64,000 nt of DNA from an uncultured Clostridia bacterium (GTDB taxonomy: Bacteria; Bacillota; Clostridia; Oscillospirales; Oscillospiraceae). A model generated the notes under the pieces. The model worked only from the letters and a program-made list of their open reading frames with translations. It did no database searches and was not told the DNA's origin. The position numbers were made by a program, and so were the translations under genes. The stretch covers positions 7,790-71,789 of the forward strand of contig CAMCDX010000002.1 of NCBI GenBank assembly GCA_945873695.1. Direction: 5' to 3'. This document shows, in pieces, positions 11,332 to 20,789 of the stretch; the first letter of the stretch is position 1, and each line of letters begins with the position of its first letter.

Positions 11332-12522
11332 TCAGATCTCCTTCGGGTGCTCCATGTTCCGGCGTCCGCCCAGCACCTTGTCCGCCGCCAGGCACATCGC
11401 CATGGTCAGCAGCATGTCCGGCAGGGTATAGCCCACCACGATGTCCACGTTCATCAGGAGACGGTAGACGATAAAGCCCACCAGCCAGATGACCAGATTC
11501 CGGACGTCGAAGCCCGCGCCGAAGCGGTCCCGTTTCAGCAGGAAGTGGTCCGCGATCTGAACGGCGATCATGGGGGCGAACACGGAGCCGATCAGATACA
11601 GGAAACCGGTGATATCGTCCATGGGATACACGACGGCGCCCACGATGCCCACCACTGTCACCAGCAGCGCCGCCCACTTGCCGTTGATCTTTCCGGAGAG
11701 GGACTCGGCGGAGATGCCGGCGGACCAGGCGTCCAGGAAGGTGGTGGTGACGGTGGAGAGGATCAGGATGACCAGGGCGGCGATGCCCAGGCCCGCCTTC
11801 ACCATGATGAGGGCGATGTCATACTCCCCGGTGTAGATGGCGGCGCCCATGCCGATGACGTACATCCAGCAGGACACCAGGCCGTAGACCACGGTGCTGG
11901 CCAGGGTGGCCTGGAAGGGCTTCTCCGCCTCCCGGGTGTAGTCGCTGATAAGGGGCAGCCAGCTCAGGGGCATGGCCACCGCCAGCTCCACGGCGGCGCC
12001 GAAGCTCATGGCCTCCCCCAGGTCGCCGCCCGCAGGGGCGCCGGAGAAGAAAATGACCTTGCACAGCACCAGGGTCAGGAGGAAGAGGGCCGCCATGGCG
12101 ATCTTGTTCAGCCAGCCCAGGTTGGTGATGCCCACAGCGATCCACAGCAGGATCAGTCCGCCGATGACCAGGCACCACACCCAGTTCCCCACGTCGAAGA
12201 TGCCGCCCACGGCCAGGGCGCCGTCATAAATCATGATGGCGGTCCAGCCCACCAGCTGGAGAACGTTCAAAAAGGCGAACAGCAGGCCGCCCCGGTGGCC
12301 GAAGCTCATCTTCACGGTCTCCATGGCGCTGCGGCCGGTGCGGCCGCCGATGAGGCCCGCCAGGAAGAACAGCACGCCGCCGATAAGATGGCCCAGGACG
12401 ATGGCGGCGAAGCCCTTGCCCATGCCCAGGGGGGCGAAGGCGGTGCCGGTCAGGATCTCCGCCAGGGAGACGCCGGCGCCGAACCAGATCAGTCCGTTCT
12501 GGAAGGTAGAGGTCTTTTTCAT
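11332..12522 (-). CDS. cytX: Putative hydroxymethylpyrimidine transporter (NCS1 family)
   Basis: WFGAGVSLAEILTG, MPLSWLPLISDYTR; start overlaps thiD stop. Confidence 0.88.
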   Translation of the reverse strand: MKKTSTFQNGLIWFGAGVSLAEILTGTAFAPLGMGKGFAAIVLGHLIGGVLFFLAGLIGGRTGRSAMETVKMSFGHRGGLLFAFLNVLQLVGWTAIMIYDGALAVGGIFDVGNWVWCLVIGGLILLWIAVGITNLGWLNKIAMAALFLLTLVLCKVIFFSGAPAGGDLGEAMSFGAAVELAVAMPLSWLPLISDYTREAEKPFQATLASTVVYGLVSCWMYVIGMGAAIYTGEYDIALIMVKAGLGIAALVILILSTVTTTFLDAWSAGISAESLSGKINGKWAALLVTVVGIVGAVVYPMDDITGFLYLIGSVFAPMIAVQIADHFLLKRDRFGAGFDVRNLVIWLVGFIVYRLLMNVDIVVGYTLPDMLLTMAMCLAADKVLGGRRNMEHPKEI

Positions 12523-13328
12523 GCCCGCTCCTCCCCGCAATATGCGCTTTTCAGGTCAAACATATGGTTCATGGGACCCCGTCCACGGCCCAGATCCAGC
12601 TGTGCCGCCAGGGCGCCGGAGATGTAGGCCTTGGCCCGCTCCACGGCCTGGTCCAGGTCATAGCCCTTGGCCAGGTTGGAGGCGATGGCGCTGGAGAGGG
12701 TGCAGCCGGTGCCGTGGGTATTGGGATTGTCCACGCGGCGGCCCTTGAACCAGCGGGCCTGGCCGTCCTTCCAGAGAAGGTCGTTGGCGTCGTTCAGGTC
12801 GTGGCCGCCCTTGCAGAGGACCGCGCAGCCGTACTTCCCGCTGATGGTCCGGGCGGCAGCCTCCATATCGGTGGGGCTTTCAATGGACATCCCGGCCAGG
12901 ATCTCCGCCTCCGGGATGTTGGGGGTCAGGACCTCCGCCAGGGGCAGCAGCCGCTCCGTCAGGGCGCCGACGGCGTCATCCCGTAGCAGCTTGGAGCCGG
13001 AAGTGGCCACCATCACCGGGTCCACCACGATGTGTCTGGCGCCGTACTGGCGCAGCTTGTCCGCGATGACGGTGATGAGCTCCGCGGAGGAGACCATGCC
13101 GATCTTCACCGCGTCGGGGAAGATATCGGTGAACACGGCGTCCAGCTCCGCGGCCAGGAAGGAGGGCGTGGCCTCCAGGATGTCAGTGACGCCGGTCGTA
13201 TTCTGGGCGGTAAGGGCCGTGATGGCGCTGGTGGCAAACACACCGTTGGCCGTCATGGTCTTGATATCCGCCTGGATACCGGCGCCTCCGCTGGAATCGC
13301 TTCCAGCGATCGTCAATGCTGTTCTCAT
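12519..13328 (-). CDS. thiD: HMP/HMP-P kinase
   Basis: TIAGSDSSGGAGIQADIKT, DPVMVA, HGTGCTLS. Confidence 0.96.
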   Translation of the reverse strand: MRTALTIAGSDSSGGAGIQADIKTMTANGVFATSAITALTAQNTTGVTDILEATPSFLAAELDAVFTDIFPDAVKIGMVSSAELITVIADKLRQYGARHIVVDPVMVATSGSKLLRDDAVGALTERLLPLAEVLTPNIPEAEILAGMSIESPTDMEAAARTISGKYGCAVLCKGGHDLNDANDLLWKDGQARWFKGRRVDNPNTHGTGCTLSSAIASNLAKGYDLDQAVERAKAYISGALAAQLDLGRGRGPMNHMFDLKSAYCGEERA

Positions 13329-13431
13329 CAGTTTCTCCTTTCTTTTTTCACAGCAATGCTTTTATAGAGCGGCGGCAAGGTGGTGCCCCCAATGCCGTCG
13401 CTGAAAAACCGGCGGACGCCGGGTTTTCCCT

Positions 13432-14082
13432 TTATTGATCGGCGATCTCGTTGGACAGGGCCAGCAATTCCCGGGCGGCGGCCTTTACGTCCTTTTGGGC
13501 GAACAGGGCGGAGACTACCGCCACGCCGTCCAGGCCGCAGCCCTTCAGCTCCGGGAGGTTGTCCCGGGTAATGCCGCCGATGGCCACCACCGGGATGTCC
13601 ACGGCGGCGCAGATGGCCCGGATGGTGTCCCTGGAGATGGGCTTGGCGTCGGTTTTCGTGCCGGTGACAAAGGCGGCGCCGGTACCCAGGTAGTCCGCCC
13701 CCGCCGCCTGGGCGGCCAGGGCCTCCTCCACGGTGTGGGCGGAAACGCCGATGATCTTGTCCGGCCCCAGGACCTGCCGGACCCGGCCCGCCGCCAGGTC
13801 CTCCTGGCCCACATGGACACCGTCGGCGCCGGTCTTTGCCGCGATCTCCACGTTGTCGTTGATGATGCTGACCACGCCCTTCCGGCGGCACAGAGCCACG
13901 AACCGCTCCGCCTCCGCCAGGAAGTCCTTGTCATCCAAATGCTTCTCCCGCAGCTGGACAAAGGCCGCGCCGCCGTCGATGGCAGCCTCCACCTGGGCCA
14001 GGAAAGCGTCCTCGTCCGCCGCCCAGGCCCGGTCGGTGACGGCGTACAGCCGCAGCTGCTCTGATCTCACGTGCATATCCAT
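13432..14082 (-). CDS. thiE: Thiamine-phosphate synthase
   Basis: QLREK, IIND, GVHVGQED, AIGGI motifs. Confidence 0.95.
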   Translation of the reverse strand: MDMHVRSEQLRLYAVTDRAWAADEDAFLAQVEAAIDGGAAFVQLREKHLDDKDFLAEAERFVALCRRKGVVSIINDNVEIAAKTGADGVHVGQEDLAAGRVRQVLGPDKIIGVSAHTVEEALAAQAAGADYLGTGAAFVTGTKTDAKPISRDTIRAICAAVDIPVVAIGGITRDNLPELKGCGLDGVAVVSALFAQKDVKAAARELLALSNEIADQ

Positions 14083-14096
14083 ACCTCCCATTGACG

Positions 14097-14239
14097 CAAA
14101 AAATCCGCGGACATCCCAAACCTGGTCCGTCCGCGGCAGTACGCCTCATGATTTCCCTACGTTGGCATGATCCAAATCAGGTTCCGGGTCGAGACCTGGC
14201 TGGTCCCCTCTCAGCCCGCGCCAGCGGACTCCCCCTTTT
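14097..14239 (-). ncRNA. TPP riboswitch with terminator controlling thiE-thiD-cytX
   Basis: Minus strand GGGGAG..CTGAGAG..GACCC..ACCTGAT..ATCATGCCA.CGTAGGGAA, then CCGCGGAC..GTCCGCGGATTTTTT. Confidence 0.92.
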
Positions 14240-14250
14240 ATTTTCCTGTG

Positions 14251-14313
14251 ATTGTATAGCTTTTTTCTCTTTTTTGCAACCCCCTTGACAATCTTTTCAC
14301 CAAATGTCATAAT
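14251..14313. promoter_or_regulatory. Back-to-back sigma-A promoters
   Basis: Minus: TTGCAA-17-TACAAT (14279-14251); plus: TTGACA-17-CATAAT with TG extension (14285-14313). Confidence 0.75.
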
Positions 14314-14325
14314 GATCCCGAAAAA

Positions 14326-14449
14326 CAGGGGAGCCTGACGGCTGAGAGGAAGCACCGCTTCGACCCTTTACCTGATGTGGGTAATGCCACCGGAGGGAGT
14401 TCATAGGGGACTTTGACGGCGGGCACCCATGGGCGCCCGCTGTTTTTTT
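14326..14449 (+). ncRNA. TPP riboswitch with terminator controlling thiW-thiM
   Basis: GGGGAGCC..GGCTGAGAGG..CGACCC..ACCTGAT..GGTAATGCCA..GGAGGGA; GCGGGCACCC/GGGCGCCCGC stem plus U-tract. Confidence 0.92.
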
Positions 14450-14715
14450 ACTCTTTTGGGGAAGGGGAGTGCATCGGAGAAAAGAAACCGGCGTCCCGGC
14501 CAGGCCGGGAGCGGGCCGAGGGGGAGCGCCCTGGGTCCGGGCCACATACAGCGATGGGAAGCCGTGTTCCGGCGTGAGAGGAGGCCAGAAAGCCTCGACC
14601 GATCTTCCACGCAGGCGGTGTGTCCGCCTGTACCTTGCCATGCAAGGGGAGAACGCTGTTGGCCTGTCGTTTTCTCCCTGCCATTCTTTCGGAATCAAAG
14701 GAGTGTTTTGTTATT

Positions 14716-15228
14716 ATGAAAAGCAATTCCACGAAAAAGCTGGCCGTGGCCGGCATCCTGTGCGCCGCGGCCGTTGTCGGCAGCATGTTTTCCTTTCCCG
14801 TGTTGGGCAGCAAGTGCGCCCCTGTGCAGCACATGGTAAACGTGCTGTGCGCCGTGTTCCTGGGCCCCTGGTACGGCGTGGGCGTGGCCTTTGTGGCCAG
14901 CCTGCTGCGGAACCTGCTGGGTCTGGGCAGCCTGATGGCCTTCCCCGGCAGTATGTGCGGCGCCCTGCTGTGCGGCCTCATCTACTGGAAGAGCAAGAAC
15001 CTGCCCGCCACCCTGGCGGCTGAGGTCTTCGGCACCGGCGTCATCGGCGGCCTGGCGGCCTATCCCGTGGCCAAGGGCCTGATGGGCCTGACCCCCGCCA
15101 CCTACACCGTCTACATCGTGCCCTTCCTCATCTCCACCGTAGCCGGCTCCATCCTGGCCGGCATCCTGGTGTTCGCGCTGGAGAAGAGCGGCGCCGTGAA
15201 ATCCATGCACGCCTCCCTGGAGCGCTAA
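14716..15228 (+). CDS. thiW: ECF S-component for thiazole
   Basis: PVQHMVNV, GSLMAFPGSM.GA, EVFGTGVIG. Confidence 0.9.
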   Translation: MKSNSTKKLAVAGILCAAAVVGSMFSFPVLGSKCAPVQHMVNVLCAVFLGPWYGVGVAFVASLLRNLLGLGSLMAFPGSMCGALLCGLIYWKSKNLPATLAAEVFGTGVIGGLAAYPVAKGLMGLTPATYTVYIVPFLISTVAGSILAGILVFALEKSGAVKSMHASLER

Positions 15229-15238
15229 GGAGCGTTTT

Positions 15239-16042
15239 ATGATCGACTTTACCCGTTTGGAGGATGTGAAGCGGCAGCGGCCCCTGGTCCACTGCGTCAG
15301 CAACATCGTCACCGCCAACGACTGCGCCAACCTGGCCCTGGCCGTGGGGGCCAGCCCCATGATGGCCCAGGCCCCGGAGGAGATGGCGGACATCACCGCC
15401 ATCTCCGACGCCACGGTGCTGAACACCGGCACGCCGGACGAGGAGAAATTCCGGGCCTGCCTGCTGTGCGGCCAGGCGGCGGAGCCCCTGGGCCGGCCGG
15501 TGGTACTGGACCCGGTAGGGGTAGGCGCCTCGCCCTGGCGGCTGGAGCGGACGGAGGCTCTGCTGAACAGCTTCCGTCCCACCCTCCTGCGGGTGAACCT
15601 GGGGGAGGCCCGGGCACTGACCCAGGCCGCCGGAGAGGAACAGGGGGTGGACAGCCCCGCCCCCGCCAGCCATGAAGAGCGGCTGGCCGCCGCCCTCCGT
15701 CTGGCCCGGACCCGGAACACCGCCGTGCTGCTGTCCGGGCCAGAAGACATCGTCACCGACGGCGCCCGCTCCTGGCGGATCACCGGCGGCAGCGGCTGGA
15801 TGTCCAGGGTCACCGGCACCGGCTGCATGCTGTCCGTGCTGTGCGGCGTGTTCGCCGCCGTGGAGCCGGACGCCGCCCGGGCCGCCGTCCTGGCCGCCGC
15901 CTTCTGGAAGGCCTGCTCCCGCCGGGCGGAGTTGGCGGCAGGGGAGCGGGGCCCCGGCAGCTTCCGCGCCGCCCTGATGGACGCGGCGGCAGCCCTGACC
16001 CCGGCGGACTTTGCCGCCGAGGTCGAAATTGAACAGCTTTGA
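15239..16042 (+). CDS. thiM: Hydroxyethylthiazole kinase
   Basis: PLVHC.SN.V..NDCAN..LA.GASPMMA, LDPVGVG, TGTGCM. Confidence 0.92.
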   Translation: MIDFTRLEDVKRQRPLVHCVSNIVTANDCANLALAVGASPMMAQAPEEMADITAISDATVLNTGTPDEEKFRACLLCGQAAEPLGRPVVLDPVGVGASPWRLERTEALLNSFRPTLLRVNLGEARALTQAAGEEQGVDSPAPASHEERLAAALRLARTRNTAVLLSGPEDIVTDGARSWRITGGSGWMSRVTGTGCMLSVLCGVFAAVEPDAARAAVLAAAFWKACSRRAELAAGERGPGSFRAALMDAAAALTPADFAAEVEIEQL

Positions 16043-16074
16043 TAAAAACCGGAAGGCCATCTGGCCTTCCGGTT

Positions 16075-16295
16075 CAGGCTGTCGAAAAAGTCCGACGGAC
16101 TTTTTCGACGCCTTCACAATACCTCGATTTTCTGGCCGCTCTGCTGCCCGAAAATCTGCCGCTGCGCGGCGCAAACGCCTGCTGGCGCAGGCTTTTTGCA
16201 GGCATTTGATTCCACACGAAGGGGCTCCCGCCCCCTCGTACTCCCCCTGCAAAATGCAACCCAGTTGCTTTAAGCAGTGGTTTTTCGACAAGCTG
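16075..16295 (-). mobile_element. 221-bp MITE copy 2 (inverted)
   Basis: Reverse complement of 11071-11291 with one substitution noticed; lies between two hairpins AACCGGA...TCCGGTT. Confidence 0.85.
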
Positions 16296-16329
16296 AACCG
16301 GACGACTGAGTCGTCCGGTTTTTCTCGTA

Positions 16330-16854
16330 TCAGCCATGGGGAAAGAATCTGCGGCGGAGCTTTCGCTGCCACAGCACTGCCAGCCGGACCAGCAGCCGGT
16401 CCAGCAGCAGAAAGACCACGTTGCCCAGTACCACCAGCAGGGCGGTCATCAGAGGCGTCTCTCCGGCCAGGTCCCCCAGCCGGAACAAAAACAGCAAGAT
16501 GCCGTAGGCCAGGGCGATGGCCAGATTGCAGAACAGCAGCTTCGCCGTCAGCCGCGGCAGCCAGGAGCGCATGGCCAGGATCTTCGGCTGGATCAGGGGA
16601 TACCAGCCGAAGAACACAAAAATGAGGGCCGTTTCCCGGTCCGCCACCAGCAGCAGAGCCAGGATGGCCGCCGCGCCGTAGGCGGCGGAGGCCATGCGGG
16701 TGCCGCACTCCTGGCGGACGGGCAGCAGCGCCGCCATGGCCAGCATGGGACCGCAGAAGGTGGCCAGGGGCAGGATGCCGCCCAGCAGCAGGATGGTCAC
16801 CGCCAGAGCGCAGGAGACGCCGCAGAGGGCGATTTTTCGGCTTTCTTCTTTCAT
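16330..16854 (-). CDS. Hypothetical membrane protein
   Basis: Several hydrophobic segments; ATGA overlap with the upstream gene. Confidence 0.75.
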   Translation of the reverse strand: MKEESRKIALCGVSCALAVTILLLGGILPLATFCGPMLAMAALLPVRQECGTRMASAAYGAAAILALLLVADRETALIFVFFGWYPLIQPKILAMRSWLPRLTAKLLFCNLAIALAYGILLFLFRLGDLAGETPLMTALLVVLGNVVFLLLDRLLVRLAVLWQRKLRRRFFPHG

Positions 16855-18743
16855 CCGTCGATGTCCTTATACCGCAGCTTATAGTAGCTCCACCGCCGCC
16901 ACTGCCGGACCAGATCATCCTGCTGGTCAGTGAGGACCTTGGTGTAGGCGCCGTCGGGAGCCATATAGACCTTCTTCTGGGCCACCGGCAGCTCCCGCCG
17001 CAGGTCGTTCAGAAAGGAGAACCAGGGGCTCTCCTCCCGCCGGCCGGTGATCTCCAGCAGCGCGGCGCCCAGGAAGGCGGCGGACAGCCGACCGTTCTCC
17101 GGCAGGTCCAGGGAGTCCTTCACATGGTCCCAGTCCAGTGTTGCCGCCGCCGCGTCATTGACCCAGATGACGTAGGGGGTCTCGTAAGAGCACAGGGCGT
17201 CGGCCCGGTCCGCTTCCTTTTTCGCCACATCGGAGCCCAGCTCGCTGTAGGCCAGCTGGTTGTCCCCCAGGTAGGGCAGATGGTCGCCCCAGAAGGCCAG
17301 CACCACCGGCTCATCGGTGGCGGAGAAGTACTCCACCAGACGGCCCAGCATGGCGTCGCCATCCCGGACGCCCTCGATATAGACCTTCAGCATGGTCTCC
17401 GCCTGCTCCGACAGGGGGGCGGAGGTTTCCACCGCCGGGAACTGGTAGCCCTCGCCATACTTGTCAATGGTGTAGGACATGTGGTTCTGGATGGTGGTGG
17501 TGTAATTGCACAGCAGCTGGCCCTGGGAGACGGCGGCCTCGAAGGCGTGCTCAATAAAGCCTGCCATATAGTCGTCGGTTACCCAGCGGCCCTTGTATTC
17601 CAGGGCTTCCATCTCATCCGCAAACACCGTCTCCTCGGCGCCGAACCAGCGGTAGACGTTCTCCCGGTTGTAGAACCAGTCGTCGCCGGGATGGAAGAAG
17701 GAGGTGTGGTAGCCGTCCTCCCGGAACACCCGCAGCACGCTGTCCAGGTTTCGGTTCACCACCCGGAAAGCGGAGGTGGTGGTGGCGGACAGGGCGTTGG
17801 TCTGCATGCCTGTCAGCACATCGAATTCCGTGTTGGCGGTGCCGCCGGCAAAACTGGGGACCACCACATGGCCGGTGATGGCGTGGTCGTCCCCCCTCAG
17901 GGCGTGGAAGTTGGGCAGAGGGTCGTTCTCCGCCGTGTAGGTGAAGGCCGGATCATCGGTGAGATCGGAGAAGGCCTCGTTCATCACCATGATCAGGTGA
18001 ACGTCCTTCCCCTGACCGGGCCGGTCCCCGGTCTCCCAGGCGGCAGCCATGGTCTTGTTGAAGCCCTCCGGCTTGTCGATGGGATAGGTGGTGAACTGGT
18101 GGCAGAAGCAGTAGGGGAAGCCCAGCTCGTTGAACACCGCCGGGATATAGTAGGCGTTGGAGACCCGGAAGGAGTTGTACAGGCTGTCGGAGGCGTAGAC
18201 CGTCAGGATCAGTGCCGCCAGCAGGCCGAAGCTGGCCGCGGCTCCCAGCAGGCGCCCGGCCCAGCCCCGGAGCTTGGCCACAGGAAAGGGCCGGCTGCCC
18301 ACGAAAACGCCCAGGACGATCAGGATCACCGTGGTGACCACCACCACGGCGATGACCTTCGCCGGATAGTGGATGTCGTAGGTCCCCATGGCGCTGCCCA
18401 CTTCCTTCAACAGGGCGAAGTCCCTGGGGAACACCGGCTCGTCCCGGACCTCCAGCTTGATGCGGTTGGCGATGGACAGGGCGCACACGGCGAAGTTCAC
18501 CAGCGCCGCGCCGAAGAACACGTTTCGGAACAGGCAGGCGAACACCAGCAGCAGCAAACCAATGGGCAGAGCGTTGAGGATGATCAGCAGAGGCTGGGCC
18601 TTGAAATGGGCCAGCACCACCCGCAGGGCGTTGGGCTGGCACCACAGGGCCAGCAGGGTGACGCAGCCCGCCAGCAGCACCGCCGCCAGCAGGGAGGCCC
18701 ATAGAGGCAGGCGGTATTTGGGAAGACGTTTGGAAGTATTCAA
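16851..18743 (-). CDS. LTA synthase family (sulfatase-fold) membrane enzyme
   Basis: N-terminal TMs; MNEAF, GGTANTEF, QNH, GDHLP motifs. Confidence 0.88.
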   Translation of the reverse strand: MNTSKRLPKYRLPLWASLLAAVLLAGCVTLLALWCQPNALRVVLAHFKAQPLLIILNALPIGLLLLVFACLFRNVFFGAALVNFAVCALSIANRIKLEVRDEPVFPRDFALLKEVGSAMGTYDIHYPAKVIAVVVVTTVILIVLGVFVGSRPFPVAKLRGWAGRLLGAAASFGLLAALILTVYASDSLYNSFRVSNAYYIPAVFNELGFPYCFCHQFTTYPIDKPEGFNKTMAAAWETGDRPGQGKDVHLIMVMNEAFSDLTDDPAFTYTAENDPLPNFHALRGDDHAITGHVVVPSFAGGTANTEFDVLTGMQTNALSATTTSAFRVVNRNLDSVLRVFREDGYHTSFFHPGDDWFYNRENVYRWFGAEETVFADEMEALEYKGRWVTDDYMAGFIEHAFEAAVSQGQLLCNYTTTIQNHMSYTIDKYGEGYQFPAVETSAPLSEQAETMLKVYIEGVRDGDAMLGRLVEYFSATDEPVVLAFWGDHLPYLGDNQLAYSELGSDVAKKEADRADALCSYETPYVIWVNDAAAATLDWDHVKDSLDLPENGRLSAAFLGAALLEITGRREESPWFSFLNDLRRELPVAQKKVYMAPDGAYTKVLTDQQDDLVRQWRRWSYYKLRYKDIDG

Positions 18744-18918
18744 ACCGTCAGGTCCTTTCTTTCAAAATCCATAATATATCTATTATATGGATTTTGCGAA
18801 AAAAAGCAAGGTTTGGCGGGAAAAAGGGACCATATCCCGGAAATTACCGGCACCCTACGCCCCGTAGGGTGCGTTTTGGGTCTGGATGTGGTAGGATGGT
18901 TCCAAAGGGAGTGAGGAC

Positions 18919-19761
18919 ATGGAAGCAAAAGAAACGGGAGCGCTGATCGCCGCCCGACGGAAGGCCCTGGGCCTGAGCCAGGCGGAGCTGGCGGAGCGGC
19001 TCCACGTGACGGACAAGGCTGTCAGCAAGTGGGAGAACGGCCGGGGGATGCCGGCCATCGACAGCCTGGAGCCTCTGTCGGAGGCCCTGGGCCTGTCGGT
19101 CAGTGAACTGCTCAGCGGCCGGGAACTGACGGCGGAGGAACTGCCCCGGACGGCGGGGGGCCTTATCGTGGAAAGTCTGCGGCGCCAGTGGCGGATGGCC
19201 TGGCGGGGCGTGCTGGGGACGGTGCTGGCGCTGGCTCTGCTGGCATCAGGCTGGGCGGGATACCACTACGGCACCTCCGTCAGCGAGTTCGACCAGGAGG
19301 GCCTGGCCCGAAACGCCGCCCGGTACCTGGGGCGGGAGAATGCCATCCGGGTGGTGGAGTCGGAGCGCCGGGGGGACTATCTGGCGGCCCTTTGCACGGA
19401 TGACCGGGGGAACTGGTGTATGTGCGTCTACGACCGGGACAGCCTGTTCCGGGACCGCTGGCGGGGCGGGGGAGGAAAGCCTGCCCTGAAGGCCGGGGTC
19501 CTGGGCAGCTGGAATTACGGCAATCCCCGGGAGGCGGTCATCGTGTTCTGCGGCGGAGACCTGCCGGAGGAGGCCCGGTACTACACCTTCCAGAACAGCG
19601 GCATTACCTATACCTGTCCGATTGAAAACAGGCGGGTGCTGGATGTATTTCTCCTGCCGGATACCCGGGATATCGGAAGCAGCGCCCTGGAGCTGCTGGA
19701 CCAAGACAGCCAGCCCCTGCCGAAAGGCGGCATCGAAGGCACGGCTGTGGAAAAATCCTGA
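18919..19761 (+). CDS. XRE HTH protein with TM segment and C-terminal extracytoplasmic domain
   Basis: LSQAELAERLHVTDKAVSKWENGRG; hydrophobic stretch after the HTH. Confidence 0.85.
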   Translation: MEAKETGALIAARRKALGLSQAELAERLHVTDKAVSKWENGRGMPAIDSLEPLSEALGLSVSELLSGRELTAEELPRTAGGLIVESLRRQWRMAWRGVLGTVLALALLASGWAGYHYGTSVSEFDQEGLARNAARYLGRENAIRVVESERRGDYLAALCTDDRGNWCMCVYDRDSLFRDRWRGGGGKPALKAGVLGSWNYGNPREAVIVFCGGDLPEEARYYTFQNSGITYTCPIENRRVLDVFLLPDTRDIGSSALELLDQDSQPLPKGGIEGTAVEKS

Positions 19762-19762
19762 C

Positions 19763-19800
19763 AAAACGCCTCTCCGTTTGACAACGGAGAGGCATTTTTT
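19763..19800. terminator. Bidirectional terminator
   Basis: GCCTCTCCGTT-TGAC-AACGGAGAGGC with A/T tails. Confidence 0.75.
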
Positions 19801-19831
19801 GATGCTATTCTACAAATCGGAATCGCTTTCG

Positions 19832-20764
19832 TCAGAAGGTGACGACCTCCTGGGCGGGCTTTTCGCAGGGGGCGATGGACAGAACGTTCATCACCGGGCC
19901 CTTGCCCTTGTAGGCCTTGTGCTTTTCCACGGCCATTTTGGCGGTGACTTCGATCCAGTCCCGGTTCTCGTACTGGTCCAGGCCGTCGCCCTTGGCGATG
20001 AGGCCCAGGAACTGCACGTCGTTCTCGCAGCAGACCATGGCGAAGCGGCCGGGGCAGTGGATGCCGGGGTACTTCTTGGAGTGGCACATGATGAGCTTCA
20101 TGTGGACCAGCTTGCCGTCGTATCGGTCCGGATGGTCCATCACGTCCACGTACCACACGCCGAAATCGTCGTCGGGGATGTCGATGACCTCCTGGCTGAG
20201 GTCGAAGGGGCATTCGTCACCGGTGAGGTAGTCCTCGCTGGTGCCGTCTACCATCTCCAGATAGATGTCCGCCCGGCGGTTCACCATCCGCAGGTTCCGC
20301 TTCCGCAGACTGTCCCGCAGTTCCGGGGTGCAGCGGTTGAACACCAGCATATCCGCGTTGGTGATCTTCTCCATCATCAGCTGGCCCATGTTCTTGGCAT
20401 AGGTCTCGAAGGTGGAGGCCTGGACGAAGGTCATGATCTGGTAAAGCACCCAGTTGGCCGGCAGGACTTCCCTGTAAAGCCGTTCCATCTGCCACATGCC
20501 GTTGTACTCGATGAGGACCTGCTTGGGCTTGTACTGCTTCTCCAGCTCCTTCAGCCGGGAGCACTTCAGGTCCTCCTCGTCCTCGAAGGTGATGACCGTC
20601 ACGTTGTCCAGAGCCCGGGGATTGTATTCCTCCTCGCCCTCCTCGCAGCAGAGGAGGAGGGTCCTGTCCTGGCGGGCGAAGCCGTCCTCCAGAATGCCGT
20701 TGATAAAGTTCGTTTTGCCGCCGTCCAGGAAGCCGGCGACCAGATACACAGGAATATCAGCCAT
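19832..20764 (-). CDS. CobW-like P-loop protein with Cys-containing C-terminal domain
   Basis: GFLDGGKT, CEEGEEE, IEYNG, GRFAMVCCEND. Confidence 0.8.
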   Translation of the reverse strand: MADIPVYLVAGFLDGGKTNFINGILEDGFARQDRTLLLCCEEGEEEYNPRALDNVTVITFEDEEDLKCSRLKELEKQYKPKQVLIEYNGMWQMERLYREVLPANWVLYQIMTFVQASTFETYAKNMGQLMMEKITNADMLVFNRCTPELRDSLRKRNLRMVNRRADIYLEMVDGTSEDYLTGDECPFDLSQEVIDIPDDDFGVWYVDVMDHPDRYDGKLVHMKLIMCHSKKYPGIHCPGRFAMVCCENDVQFLGLIAKGDGLDQYENRDWIEVTAKMAVEKHKAYKGKGPVMNVLSIAPCEKPAQEVVTF

Positions 20765-20789
20765 TGTAAAGTTCGTTCCCTTCCCGGTA

